Source: Octopus vulgaris (Eukaryota). From it: 64,000 nucleotides of DNA. The stretch is from positions 34,844,001 through 34,908,000 of the forward strand of contig OX597825.1 of NCBI GenBank assembly GCA_951406725.2, written 5' to 3'. The notes under the pieces are model-generated. The model worked only from the letters and a program-made list of their open reading frames with translations. It did no database searches and was not told the origin of the DNA. The translations under genes were made by a program, and so were the position numbers. Positions within the stretch are counted from its first letter, which is position 1; each line of letters starts with the position of its first letter. Below are positions 11,090-24,720 of this stretch, piece by piece.

Positions 11090-12350
11090 TGACTAAAAGT
11101 GAGGTAGAAAGGAAGAGATTTGCACATGTCCTCTAACTTGAGGACTGGAGGTGGGCGGTGTTCAGAATTATGAAGCTTATGTGCAAGAGTAAATGAAGAT
11201 ACCATTGGTGATAAGTGTTTATGGAATGATGAAGGTAAACTCGCCATAAATACGGAACAAAAGAAGCTGGCATGAAAGTGCTCTTATGAAAGGCTGCTGA
11301 ACGTGGAGGACACTTGGGATAAGCAGCTATTACCTTATGCTAACTCAATAGAGGGACCAGCGATTCAAGTTGACAGCTGTGTGGTAGATAAAGTAATCAA
11401 GGATATGAAGAGGGGGAAGTTTATTGGCCATCAGGGATAGTTACTGGGATGCTTAAAATACCTGGGGAAGTAGGATACAAGATTACCACCTGGATAGTTA
11501 ATCAAGTCATCCAGGAGGTAGTTAAACCCAGTGACTGACATAGAAGTATTGTCATAAACTGCTACAAGGTTAACTATAGAGGAATCAAACTTCTAGACAA
11601 ATTTATGAAAATCATGGAGAGAGAGTTATAGTCCAGTTGATCTGTGAAAGAGTAAACCTGGATGAGATGCACTTAGGTTTTGTCCCCAGAAGAGGCACCA
11701 CACATGCTTTCTTTCTTGTGAGGTAACTGCAGGTGAAATACCTAGCTAAGAATAAATCACTATTCCTAGTTTTTGTTGATTTGGAGAAAGCATTTGACAG
11801 GGTACCATGTTTGAGAAGAAATTCCTGGCTAAACCTGGAATTGAATGGGTCTTAAGGTAAACTTGTAAATAGCAATGGAAGTGGTTGTTCTGAAAGTATA
11901 GGTGTTAGAGTAAGAACTGGTTGGAGAAAGTTCAGGAAGTTACTACCTATGTTGATGACAAAGATTTTTCTCCATAAGAGTTAAGGATAGATTGTATGGT
12001 GCTTGTATTAGATTTGCAATGCTGCATGGTAGTGAGATATGGTCCATGAATGCAGATGGCTTGAGAAGACAGGAAAGAAATGAAGCAAATATGCTCTGTT
12101 AAGTGTGCAATGTGAGTGTGTGTGTGAAAGAATTAGTACAAAAGTGTTGAGTGAAGAACTGGGTATAAGAGGAAATTGATGTTGTGCCCAAGAAAGAAGA
12201 CTACACTGGTGTGGACTTGTGATGCATATAGATAAGGGCAGCTGTATAAAAAAGCGCCATTCACTTAATGTGGCAGGAAAGCAGATCTAGGAAGACCAAG
12301 ACCTAGGTTGACTTTAGGACCTTAGCCTGAGACAAAAGACTGGGATTTCT
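11090..12350 (+). mobile_element. Decayed RTE-clade LINE (RT fragments)
   Basis: FVDLEKAFDRVP at about 11772-11807, YRGIKLL, MLHGSEIW motifs; many stops and frameshifts. Confidence 0.8.
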
Positions 12351-14361
12351 GTTGGTATGATTTCTCAAAAAGACTTCCCCTTCTCAGCAAAACTGAGTTC
12401 TGGAAGTGCTATGTCTTGGGTTCTCCACCCATTACAGTACTCTTATGAATTATGCACTCTTCATGAATTATGCCCACTTCTTCCCCTCTTCTCCTGGCTC
12501 CTACAGACTACCCAGTCATGTCATATCTCTCCCTCTTGTCTCCCGCCACCCAGCAACTGTATCATCTTTACTATTCCTAATGCTTGCTCATCCCCCACTC
12601 TTCTACATCCCCTCATCTTCCCCAGCCCATGGTTCTTGTTTCAATAGTTCAACTCTATCCATTTTGACAGTCTGTCTCCCACCCTCCTCTTCTTCTCATA
12701 CAATTTTGCATACCACCCACCCACTCGTTTCTGCTCAGCTTGTGCCTTGTGGGGCAACATGGGCACCTCATCACCATTATCTGTCTCTTACAGCTTCTAC
12801 TGATCCTTTTTTCTTTCCCTCTCTCCCTCTTTCCTCTACTGTATGTGAGTAGCCATGCAGATCTCTCCATAGGAACTTGCTCTGCACCCCCGCCTCACTA
12901 TAATCCTCTTGCCCTCTTGAATTGAACTGATCAAGTTGATAGTTTTGTGAGCTGATGGTGACCTCAACAGTGTAGGTAGCATGAAAAACACACTCAATCC
13001 ATGCTATAAAGTAGTTGGCATTATGAAGAGCATCCAATCATAAAACCGGAGCTTAATACAGTCCTTGGACACATCACATCCTGTCAAACCATCCAATCTA
13101 TGCCAGTATAGAATATATATAGATATACATGTACACATATACATACGTGTGTGTGTGTGTGCATGCTTATATCTTTTAATATACATTGACAAAAGATCTG
13201 AGTTCAAATTCTGCTGGGGTCAACTTTGTCTTTCATCCTTTCAGGATCAATAAAATAAGTACCAGTTGAGCACTGGGGTTGATGTAATCGACTTACCCAC
13301 TCCCTTGAAATTACTGGTTTTGTGTCAAAATTTGAAATCAATATATATTGACAAAAGATGTAGACATTGGTGAAGAAACCAAAAAAGAACTGGCGCTTTC
13401 AAATAAAAATAGTTTTGTTTCTTTTTTTCCCTACCTTTCTTCATTGACAAAGGGCAAATTGTCTGAAATATCAGTATCTCTTCCTTTGCTTTATAGCATA
13501 ATGCATTGTATATCATCATTTTTTTTTTCTTTTTGAAAAAGGTGGTTTTACTCATAATTTTCCTTTATATAGAAATACCCTCTGTGATATTAAACAATCC
13601 CTTATGTTTGCCAGGCTTAAAAAATAAGTGCTGGTGTTGATTTGCTTAATGGTGCACTTCATAGCAGTGCTCTAGCATGGCCACAGTCCAGTGACTAAGA
13701 CACATAAATGATAAACGATTCCATCATATTTTATTTGAATATTTCATGGATTATTTTATTGCTATCTCCTAATTGCTTTCTTAGATATGCATGTAATATA
13801 TAAAGAGCTTATGTGGAATTAATATCTCTCCCTTGTGTCTCCTAACCTTTTCTCTAAAAGTGACATATGATTATGTAAAGAGAACAATGGTTTCATGTTT
13901 GATCCCAAGTAATACTGATGTCTTTTACTGTAGCCATAGGTTGGTTAATATCTTGTTAGAATTTTGTAAGTGGAAACTGTGCAGAAGTATGCCATATGTA
14001 TTTGTGTGTGTTTATGTCATATGTCATATGTATTTGTGTGTGTTTATGTCTTTCATTGAGACATAGCTATTGGTAAAGAAAACCGGTGTTCTTCAAACAA
14101 AATTCACAAAGTTATAGATTCTTCCTTATTATCAGAAATGCAGTGGACAATGATAGGTCATTAAAGAACTATAATGAGTAACACTATTTGTTCACAAATT
14201 GTGGTTTAAAAAAAATAAAAACGATTGATATGAGGTTTCAATTAAACAAGTTAATTTGTTGGGTTTCTTCTGTCTCAAAAAATGATTTATAATGTTTAAT
14301 ACCATTTTCAAATTAATTAATTTCCACTGTTTTAATTATTTGTCATATTTTTGTGTTGCAG

Positions 14362-14606
14362 GTAACCTCCATTTAAATTTAACATCACCTGAATATAATG
14401 ATGAGCTTCAGAATTTAATAGAACCATATGTTTTTGATTATGTTGCTGAACTTAAGGGTAGCATTAGTGCTGAACATGGCATTGGACTTCACAAGGTCAA
14501 ATACTTACACCATAGTCAGTCACATCTTTCAGTTGAACTTATGAAACAAATGAAGAAATTATTAGATCCATGTGGTATATTAAACCCATACAAAATGTTT
14601 CCTTAA
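14362..14606 (+). CDS. D2HGDH: D2HGDH terminal coding exon
   Basis: ttgcag|GT AAC CTC CAT. Encodes (S)NLHLNLTSPEY...GSISAEHGIGLHK...LLDPCGILNPYKMFP*, carrying the metal-ligand NLH and AEHG motifs; TAA at 14604-14606. Confidence 0.95.
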
Positions 14607-15319
14607 CAATGCTTTGTAAAAATTGTTTGTACACACACACATATATATATTCAGATGTATGGCTTGTTAAAATTGCAGACTGGCCAACATTGTAAACAAT
14701 TGTACTAAATATCCAAGTCTTTTGGGGGTCACTAAAATGGCTACATTCTCACTTTATGGTTGAGGGGTAATGTAAATCTATTGCATAAATAATGTAAATT
14801 TTAAACTTCTATCCCATTGATGTTAGTATGGAACACTGACTATGAATCAATGAGAATCAAATTAACAAATTATAGAGACTGGTATGGACTTTGTCATAAA
14901 TCATTTTCATGTGACACAAGCAAGGCCTTGTGATTAAGAAGTTTGCATTTGTTCTGGGTCCCATTCTATTGCATGAAACTAAGGGTAAGTAGTCTTCTAC
15001 TATAGCCTCAAGTTGAAATAAGTCTTGTGAAATGAAACAGGATAGGCAGAAACTATGTGGTTGCCTACTCTATGGACTATACCTGTTTTTGGATGCTAGA
15101 CTTAGTCTATTGGCCAGTTTAATGCCATAACCTGGATCAAAGGTGCCTTTAGCTGAGCCTACTTTGTCACAAATATTTAGGTTAAGTTTTTTTGTTTGGG
15201 AATAAGTTTCTCCCATCCCTTTCCTTAGTTCATCATGGAACCATACAAAAGTTTGTCCTTCCTACTGTAACCCATAAACAAAATAAACTGTATTTTTTTA
15301 ACTTCTTTTTTGTCTTTAT

Positions 15320-15516
15320 CCTTTTAGCATTCAGATTAATTTATCCAATGTAATGCTTACTTATCCACATTTCAAAAGTTTAATCATGTAGTATCTTGTA
15401 GTCTCAAGATTTTGGAAATGTGATTGTTTATTTTTAGAATGACATTGTATGGTAGGTGTGAGAGGCCAAGTCTGGTTGGTTTGAACATAAAACAGGATGG
15501 CTTAAATGCTAAAGGG
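15320..15516. mobile_element. piggyBac-like MITE, downstream of the D2HGDH stop
   Basis: TIRs ccttttagcatt and aatgctaaaggg with degenerate TTAA flanks. Confidence 0.55.
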
Positions 15517-16630
15517 TTAGAGACATCTGTTTCATCAGGCTTGGGACAACTGCTTTTATAACCATTCACAAAATTTTGCTGTTTCTATACCAAATGGAAA
15601 TTCTTTGATTCTACTGATGTTCCATGAAAATGATAAAGAGTAAAAGTAAATCTTTGATGGTTGGATTTTGTAGATTTTTTTATCATTAAAAAGAATTAAG
15701 AAACTTATTGAATGTTTACTGAAAAATTATGATCAATTGTTGAAATCAGTACCTTTTGTTTACCTCACTGTTCTTGAAAGATGATACCACGAAAGGAGTA
15801 AAAGGAAAAATCCCAGAAAAATGATAATTATGTAATTAAATAAAAGTGAAGATATTAATTATCTACAAATTTTGAATAAGGTATTCAAATGCCTTGTGTT
15901 ATCCTTTTTATTGGGGAGAGGCAGTTTGAGAGAGAGAGGGGAGGGAGAGAGAGACGAGTGGGAGAGAGGGAGAGAGTGAGTATGAAGTGGGTGGGGTTCA
16001 TCATGCCAGCATGTGTTGGAAATATAGGATGTTACAAGGAAAAAATATTGATTTCAAATTTTGGCACAAGGTCAGCAATTTCAGGGGAAGGGGTAAGTCG
16101 ATTACATTGACTCCCAGTGATTAACTGGTACTTATATTATTGACCCTGAAAGAATGAGAGTCAACCTTGGTGGCATTTGCACTCTGAATGTAAAGTAGGA
16201 TGAAGTGCTGCTAAGCATTTTGTTTGACACGATAACGATTCTAGCAGCTTGCCACCTTACAAAGAGATAATATTGATGTAATGGCAGTATGCTTCAACTG
16301 TGTTTTAGTTGTTGTTGTTGGAGCCCCCCAGTTAGATGAGGATTTGAACTCTACTGTCCATTTGTAGCCTGTTATATCCACTCCACACTCCTGAAAGATG
16401 ACCAGTAAAGTTATCCTAGGCAAAATTTAAACTCAGAACATAAAGGGCTGGAACAAATATTGCAAGATATTTTGTCTGATTCATTGATAATTCTGTTAAT
16501 ATACTGCCTCAAGGAATTCAAATATTCTGAATATTTTATTGCAAATGTACAGTAGTACTTCTTTGTCCTTTGTCTGCTATCTTAAGATGTATAAGAAAAA
16601 GTCTGATATAAATTTTTGCCTTAACTTTAA

Positions 16631-16851
16631 CCCTTTCAATACCAACCTGGCTGAAACCAGCTCTAGCTTTGTAATACAAATGTCTTGTTTTCATAAGTTT
16701 TGAATTAAAATCCTCCACCAGACCTTAGTCACAATTTATGTTCCTAATACTAGCCTAATGATAACAAAGTTATTTTACTAAATTCCTTGTTATATTTAAA
16801 GTAATTGAAAGAAACACAGAGCATCTCAAAATAAATACAGTAAGGAAAGGG
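16631..16851. mobile_element. piggyBac-like MITE
   Basis: TTAA|ccctttc ... gaaaggg|TTAA. Confidence 0.8.
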
Positions 16852-17593
16852 TTAAAAAAGAATGTTTATTGATAATAAAATACTTTTAACATTTTTATAT
16901 TTATATACACTTAAAAGAAAATTAAGAAAATGGAGATATAGCATTAATATAATTTATTATCTGCAAAAATCCAACATATTCTCTTACAGCTGTTTCAAGT
17001 AAGCCTAAAAGATTAAATAGCAATAATTGAATCATTATATTAGACAAAATTAGGCAAAATCTCATATATTTATTTATCAGTATCATAAGGGTGACAGTCT
17101 TTCTTATCAACTCATGGTGCTCCCTGTCCAGTTTCTGTGACTGAAGAGGAGATAACCACCTTGAAATACTTGTACCTCATAGTCTGGGTAGGTGGCATCA
17201 TGAACTGATTTTAGATGTATTTACACCATTTGCCATCAGCAAGAAATTTTCTCCATGACAAAATGCAATGAATGGCTGTCTTATGAGTTCAAATATTCCC
17301 CGAGCATATTTGAACTGGTTCAAAGTTAATGATTCATCCTATTACTTGTCAGATTTTCTTGTTACGTGTAATCCTTCAGGCAACAAAAGATGGATCTTTT
17401 GTCACATGGAAATATAACAAACAGCAGCAAGAAATCCTGAGTAGTGATGGAGGGAATTATCAGTTTTGAACTTGTGCTGAGTATGTTTTCTCCCATTTGT
17501 GCATGCAAGCATGCACACCTATGTCTGTCTGTCTGTCTCTATCTGGCTATATCTATCTATCTATCTATCTGTCTGTCTGTCTATCTCTGTCTG

Positions 17594-17636
<43 letters not shown>

Positions 17637-18419
17637 GTCTGTCTATTTATCTATCTGCCTGCCTGCCTACCTACCTCTCTGTCTGTCTGTCTGTCTGTCT
17701 ATCCACCCATCCATCCATCTCTGTCTATATCAGTTTGTCTGTCTGACTCTGTCAATGTGCATGTGCAAACATGTACACCTGCGCGCACACACACACACAC
17801 ACCGGATGCAGTTTGAAGTCCTGGCCAGGACACATTTTTGTGAAGAATGTTTCACAGTAACCATTTAGCAATTGAGAACAGTTCCACATGAGAAGGGGAA
17901 GTAATCTCAAGAATTCTCCAAAGTTGACATAACATTAAAGACAAGGACAAGTTTATTGTCTGGAGATAAGGAGACAATTACTTCTGCCACAATATAACAA
18001 TTATCCTAACCTATTGCCAGTAATGAAGGGACATAAACATATAAAAAGAAAAAGGATACATTTAAGGATCCTGTTTTTGTAGTGAATGACTGGAAACAAT
18101 GTAAGATTATGAGGACCCTCTAGTCTTGTCTTGCTGAAGATATGGGAACCTCTCTAGTGTTGGTGTCTTGATAAAATGCATCCAGTGCACTCTGTTAAAT
18201 GGCTGACCTTAGGCAGGGCATTCAGCCATAGAAACCATACCAAAATAAAAGAAGTTAGCCTTGTCCTCTGAGCCATTTAGGAAGGCAGTCACTCCAAATA
18301 AAAACTAACTGAACATGTGATGAACTGTAGAAGCGAAGCCAACTTTGAAAGTGGACAAAATACAAGTATGATGATGATATGTCTGCTTGTCTGGATGGTT
18401 AGATGCATGCATCATAGTT

Positions 18420-18900
18420 ACTCTTCCTCTACAAAGTCTTTCACAAACTAAAGAAGGTTTGGAACTCCAAATTGTCCAAGCAAATCAAAATCAAGCTGTT
18501 CGTTGCAACTGTTGAATCGGTGCTATTATACGGCAGTGAAATATGGACACTGACAAAGAAATTATCAAATGGGTTAGATGGATGCTACGAATGGCTCTAA
18601 ATGTGAAATGGCAGCAACATATGACAAGTGAATGCCTTTTAGGAGACCTGCCAAAAGATAAAGAGAAGATCAGGCAGAGCTGGTTGTGACTATCTGGTCA
18701 CTACATGCGCCACCCTGTATTGGAAGCATTCAAATTAATTTTGTGGAACTCACTTCATAGTGATGTAAGAAGAAGAAAGCGTCACACATCTTTAACTTGG
18801 TTGCAGACACTGGCCTGCAATGTATCCAGGACCTTGAGGCAGTGATATTAGACCAAGAAATGTAGTGGATAGACTTTGTGCTATGGCCTAGGTTGGAACC
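18420..18900 (+). mobile_element. RTE-clade LINE 3' fragment
   Basis: KVWNSKLSKQIKIKLFVATVESVLLYGSEIWTLTKKLSNGLDGCY. Confidence 0.75.
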
Positions 18901-19200
18901 TGGCCATAATAAATAAAAAGTAACAAAGCTGCTGAGTTTTGATTTGTTGTTTTTACTATTAAAAAGGATTATGAAGTAACATATTGAACATTTGTTAACA
19001 TAGTGAAAGTACTATGTTTTATTTACCCTTAGTGTTCTTTAATGATTATGCCATGAAAAGTAATAAAAACAAAAGAAGACTGCTATTTATATAATTATAT
19101 GATTAATAAAAATGGGGTAATTACTTGTTATCAACATGTTTAGAGAAAGGAATTCAAAATAACATCTTTTGTTTTTCTATTTTATATATGCCTGTGTGCA

Positions 19201-19243
<43 letters not shown>

Positions 19244-19899
19244 ATAATAATTATATAAATAAAATATATATGTATATATATATGCATATATGGGTACAGG
19301 CCGTCACAAAATGTAAACAACATGAAATATGAAGACAAACTTTTTTGCAAACAATGAGAGATACAAATGGAAAACAAGACAAATAACATTGTTGTCAGCT
19401 GTTTATCTTCTCTACATTTCGAGCAATTCCCAACAATATGTGCCTTTGAGAAAACAGTTGCTCCCACGAACCAAAATAAAATTTGGGATTTGCAGAGGGT
19501 CATGTTGGTAACAAAAAACAGGACAGTGAGAACAAAGTGATGGCTTCTAAGCCAGATGAGGTAAGGTGGTGAATGCTGGAAGAACATTCTTTGACAGGAG
19601 AAAAGATAGGAGAGGAGACAGACAAATTGTGTCTGATCTGTACGACAGACTGAAAGAAAAGAAAGATAATCATGTGAGGAAAAGAAGGATGGATGATGGT
19701 CACGTGTGAGCAATGAGAGAGTAAAGGAGGAAGAGGAAGAGACAGAGAGAGATAGGGACAGATAGAAAATGGTGAAGGGGAAAAAAAAAGATTAAACATC
19801 CAATGTAATTCTTCATATAAGACAAGCAAATCCATTTAGAAGTTCACTTCAAATTTAACAAATTTTGGATTGCATTGATAACTTGTTGACTGCTTGTGA

Positions 19900-20400
19900 C
19901 AGTATGAAAGGCACAGTAATAGACCAGTTATCCTGAAATCCTTGAGCCATGGTCAGTGAATGGGGACTGAGTTGAGATGTATAAATGAATGCTATAAGAA
20001 GGTGGTCAAGACTGTGGTGAGAAGGTGGGAGTTATGAAGAGGGATAGAGAGAGGTGGAGACAATGTGTATTAAGAAACTTGAATCTATTGAAAGTCCAAT
20101 GGCTTTGGAAAAGTAGCAATAGGAGTATACTTAATTACTTGGAGGTGCACAGTTACATCATTATTGTGTCTTTTTGTGACAGGGACCACTCTTGTGGAGA
20201 AGTTACAACTTTTTGTCTGTCACCTATGCTTCAAACCATGTAGATCTTCAGTGGGACTGAATAGTCATCTGCAACGTCATGATTGGAAAGTCTGAAGTGC
20301 CATTAACAACAAAGAAGCACAAAGAGACAGCAATCATGCAATCAACAGTGAAATAGAGCAATGACCATGCATGTGTGTATGTAAGTATGTATGTACATAT
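19900..20400 (+). mobile_element. RTE-like LINE 3' end with C2H2 finger
   Basis: DRERWRQCV, then CHLCFKPCRSSVGLNSHLQRH, then a (TATG)n tail. Confidence 0.6.
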
Positions 20401-20442
20401 GTTTGTATGTAGGCATGTATGTCTGTATGTATGTCTGTATGT

Positions 20443-20685
20443 GCCTCTTAATTCTCCCAATTGTTATCCCATGGATTATGTGTGGGGCATGGTTGACAAA
20501 GACACAGCTTGACTGTCTGCAACACCAAAGGCAAGCTGTTAATCGAAAAATCAAGGTGTTCAAAGATCTTTCCAGGTATACAGTGAATAATGCATTTTTG
20601 AAATACTTTTACTGTTGGATGGGATATTGTGTTACCTTTTTCTTTTATACAAACTGTCAAATTTAAACCATACGCCCTATATATG
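20443..20685 (+). mobile_element. DD37D (maT-like) transposase 3' fragment
   Basis: PLNSPNCYPMDYVWGMVDKDT...CNTKGKL...VFKDLSRYTVNNA, a relic of the WPPNSPDCNPMDY motif. Confidence 0.6.
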
Positions 20686-21599
20686 CATATGTGTATGTTT
20701 GTAGAGAGTGGTAGTGGGGCACAATGAGGAATTTTTATTGCATTTTTGACTTTGAGGAAAAATTTATTTTTTACAAATGTTCACAGCCTTTCAGAAACAC
20801 AATGAGCTTCTCTAAATGCATTGAAAAGCATCATAACATATTCAGAACACTATTTCAGAAAAGTATCATTATTCTCTTTGAGTATATAAAAGACAAATTT
20901 AGCTGGAGCAAAATGAGCAAGTCAAGATAAGTAAATTCAGAATTACATTTGAAACCTAACTCAAACGCCAATATCCATAATTAGATATCATAAAGATCAG
21001 AAATGGAACAAAAATTTAAGATATCTAGGTCAAATGAAAGAGGGTCATAGAAAAATGGCACACGGTATGAAATTAACGAAACTTGATCAAATCAAAAAAC
21101 TCAGCATAAAATATTCTTTATCGCTTCTTCACAATCTGCTGGAATGGCTCTCTTCCTGATATATTCACACACCATGCAGTTAAATAGAAGAAATTATTGA
21201 AATTAGCCAATACTCATTTTAATTGAATTTGGACAATCATTTTTTGAAAAAGGAAAATCATCAAATTGACTTTGGAATCCAACAGTAAAAAGAATATTTA
21301 TTGTTATACCGCCAAAATTATCCAGATATTTTATCATCAACCTTAATTAGAATCAGATCAAAGTCGAAAAAAAGATTCTTGGAAAAAAGTACCTCTCCCC
21401 TGACTATGTTCCAAACTTTCTCAACTTCATCAACAACAACTATGCTGACCAATTTTTATTTTTAAAGATAATGAAGCAGTACAGAATGATGCAATAGTTG
21501 CAATGTAATGATTTCAAGCAGGTAGGAAGAAAATAGAAATCAGAATTTACTCATTTTATCCTGGTTACTACTTTTGCCCCGCCCCTGTATAACTAAAAA

Positions 21600-23900
21600 T
21601 ATTCAAGTGTCAAAAGAATCAAGAGTTCCGAGCTTTGCACTAAAACTTTTGATTCGTTTCGAAAAATGCCAAGCACGAAACTCTTTCCCTCTGAGTCACC
21701 TATGAACTTTAACGAGTAAATAAATGTGTATGCGTACAAAGTATCTGCCCACTACTACTGGTGCGCTCCTTTCTCTTCCCAGTCGTAATTCTATTCCACT
21801 GGGTTAAAGGTGGGATTACCGACCGTTACCGAAAGTATGGTGCATTCAAAGAGCAGTATACGTGTTTATATATAAATACAGCTTTAGTTTACATGTTTAT
21901 ACTTATACGACAGGCTCCAACACGGCTTTTGCCAACCAGACTCCACTTACAGAATGTTTGCTAACCCAATGTTACGGTCGCGGACACTTACTAAAGAGCC
22001 ATGCTTGGGAAACGAAACTAGAGTCACATGTTACAATGCCAGTCATGACAATCCCTTCATTTCATCAGGTTGTATGCCCAGGATTACATTGTCCAAAAGT
22101 GTCCTTATTTATTGAAGACGGTAGAGTGACATTTGTCAAAGATTTGAATGCTGCGACAGCGTAGAAAATTCGGCATACTTACACAAGTGTTCGCCCACCC
22201 AATTTCCTTTTTTTTTTTATATACCTTTAATAAGAATCAATATTTTCTAATGAAATTTTCCACTGATGCTTTTCATATGATGTAAATTATGATTATATCA
22301 GAGTTTAAGTTTTTTTTTAATAGTGGGCGCACACACGTTGACACGCATCATATAATTGTTTTCAAACTTTCAAGTTTTATTTTGTAGATAAATATGTGTG
22401 CGCGGCCGGCTATGTTTTTCTCCGTTGAATTCCACAACCGTAATCTACTCTATCGGATAGATATTTGGTGAACATGTCATTAAAAACATGTATTTTTTTA
22501 AGCTATGAAGAATCAGCACACACTCGAGAAAGTACGCCGATGCTATTTCGTTGTTATTCTATCTTCTACATATTTGCTTTTTCACATTCACCTTTTCCTT
22601 ACCCTTCTCCCGCCACTGACATAGAAAGGAAATACGAATAAACGACGCTATAACACTTCCGTTTATTTTCCTGTAAAGTTATTAAAAATCATGTTTGATG
22701 GTGTTCTTCGTCTTTTAAGATGGCAAGAACAAACGTCATGAGGAAGATTCGATTTGTTAATTTCAACAAGTGAAACGACCACGAAGCCTATGTCAGAGTT
22801 TATGTTCAAGGGAGGTCACTCTGATTTACTTGGCGCGGAATTCAAGTAAAATAAACTTTTCAATAAAATTTCCATCTTGATTACAAACAAACCAGTAATT
22901 ATTCATCTGAGATGGAATCCCTTTTAAAAACAACTGATTTGGGCAAATCTGCTATTGTAAGTCTTTTATGTTTCATCTGTCGTTTCTTTTTTTTATAAAT
23001 ATTATTAAAAAAGGCATTTAGATGTAAACAAGTTCCACTACGATATGTAAATTTCACTTTTGTTCTGATATATAGTATTCTATAATTATAATACTGTAAA
23101 CTTTTCATCCGAATATTTTCTATCTACTTTAACCACTTAGCGCTTCCATTAATCTTGTTGTTGCTTCACTCCAGGTTCAAACACTTATGTTCAAAGACAA
23201 ACTGACTTCGACCTTACTGTCTTTTTCGAATTATATAGATATACATTAGATAATCTTCTTTAAGATTCCCCTTTATCATTTTATGTGTCCTTTCCCATTT
23301 TTAATATGATTGGGAATATTTGAGAGAGATTTGGTTATTTATGAATCATTTACAATTCAAGGGGAAACGGGAACTCAACAAATATTATGTAGTACTTTCC
23401 TATTATCAACAGCCAATTTTTCTTTCATTCACTAAAGGATTCGTAAACGAACTATTCCATTCGTGAAACAAGAGTAACAGTTGAACGGCGGACTTTCGGT
23501 ATAGCTATCACTAACTCATGTGGAAGGAAAAGTGCAAAGAATTGAATCAAAGTTCTGTAGTTTATTTATTAATACTTCAGTATATAAAAAGAAAATTGGC
23601 TATCGATAATAGAAAAGTACCGATAATTATACTTGAAAATCAATTGCATTTCCTGGGCATGGTAAGCATGGTAATGTTCGGTCTTCGTAAAAGAAACGTT
23701 GTGTTAAACGTAATTTTAAAATCGGCAATTTGTGGGAAAAAATTTGTTTCTTTAATTTTTGTTTTTATGTGTTGGGATTGCCGACAATGACTTTGATCTG
23801 CTCGAGAGAGCTGAACAGTCAAACATACACACTCACCACGTTGCCAGTGAACATTATGATCTACTCCAGATTTCGAGTCAACTCATGTCAACACTTTAAA
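21600..23900 (+). promoter_or_regulatory. CpG-enriched promoter / first-exon region of CTC1, with E2F-like site TTGGCGC at 22830-22836
   Basis: CG dinucleotides are visibly retained here compared with the CpG-depleted surroundings. TTGGCGC-GGAA-TTCAAG lies about 70-80 nt upstream of the ATG. Confidence 0.55.
22912..22956 (+). CDS. CTC1: CST complex subunit CTC1, exon 1 (start codon)
   Basis: ATG...MESLLKTTDLGKSAI|gtaagt, 45 nt, phase 0. Lies in the only CpG-enriched region and splices in frame to exon 2. Confidence 0.7.
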
Positions 23901-24240
23901 TGATGATACACGCACACACACACAACACCCACATTATATGCATAGGAATGCAGTAGGGTAGAGATGTTATTGTTTTAGCCCTAGGTCAATCCTGATTGCA
24001 TACAATTATGATCGGAAGCTTTCTTACCACGACTTCCCCATTGTTTCCTATATACAAGGAGGGAATCCACGATCACATAATCCAGAATGTCTTTTCACAG
24101 AATAATCTCTGACGTTTAAAACATTGAAATGAGAAGAATGTTCAGGGGCGGGGGTGAAGTTACACGTGTGTGCTTATTTTGTAACTGTTTCTGATTATAT
24201 AACATATAATCAAGTACGATGTATTAACCCGTTTTTTCAG

Positions 24241-24720
24241 TTTATTTTATTTTATTTTATTACATATATAACACGTATATATATGATACATATATAATAC
24301 AAAACCACATTAAAATACAAATCCTAAACCAAAGAAAATACAAAGCTGAGTGAAGAAAGGAAAAAAAAGATGAAAGAAAAAAAAAATCAATTCAGCACCA
24401 GTTGCCTCAACTGGCTGCACACCACAAGGTTCAATGGAACCTAATGAAGCAAGCCAACATGCTCATGGCATTACCACAGGTAATGGCAAGGCTAAGGTAT
24501 TGGAACAGCCAAATACCCACATGGACATCTCAGCAAGGTGAGCTGCCAACGATGACAAGAACTTTGCTATTAGTAGCCCAGCCCCTCCAAACGTCTCAAA
24601 CACCACAGGCTGGTAGAAATGGTTCATTAACAAGTCTGAATACTTGAGGATTTTGTTCTGTTAGGCTACAGAAGCAGTGACACTCCTATTTACTGCAGCA
24701 TCCAGGATGTCATGTAAATC
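24241..24720 (-). mobile_element. CRE-like non-LTR retrotransposon 3' end (restriction-like endonuclease C-terminus)
   Basis: Minus strand: ASVA*QNKILKYSDLLMNHFYQPVVFETFGGAG...FLSSLA...WLFQYLSLAITCGNAMSM, then 3' UTR and (AAAAT)n tail at 24241-24262. Confidence 0.7.

Noticed and set aside
22170-22340. Minus-strand GTAAGTATG donor suggesting a divergent gene at the CTC1 promoter
   Set aside because: It abuts a small MITE-like inverted repeat (gtgttcgcccac / gtgggcgcacac), and no partner coding exons were found in 15-22 kb.
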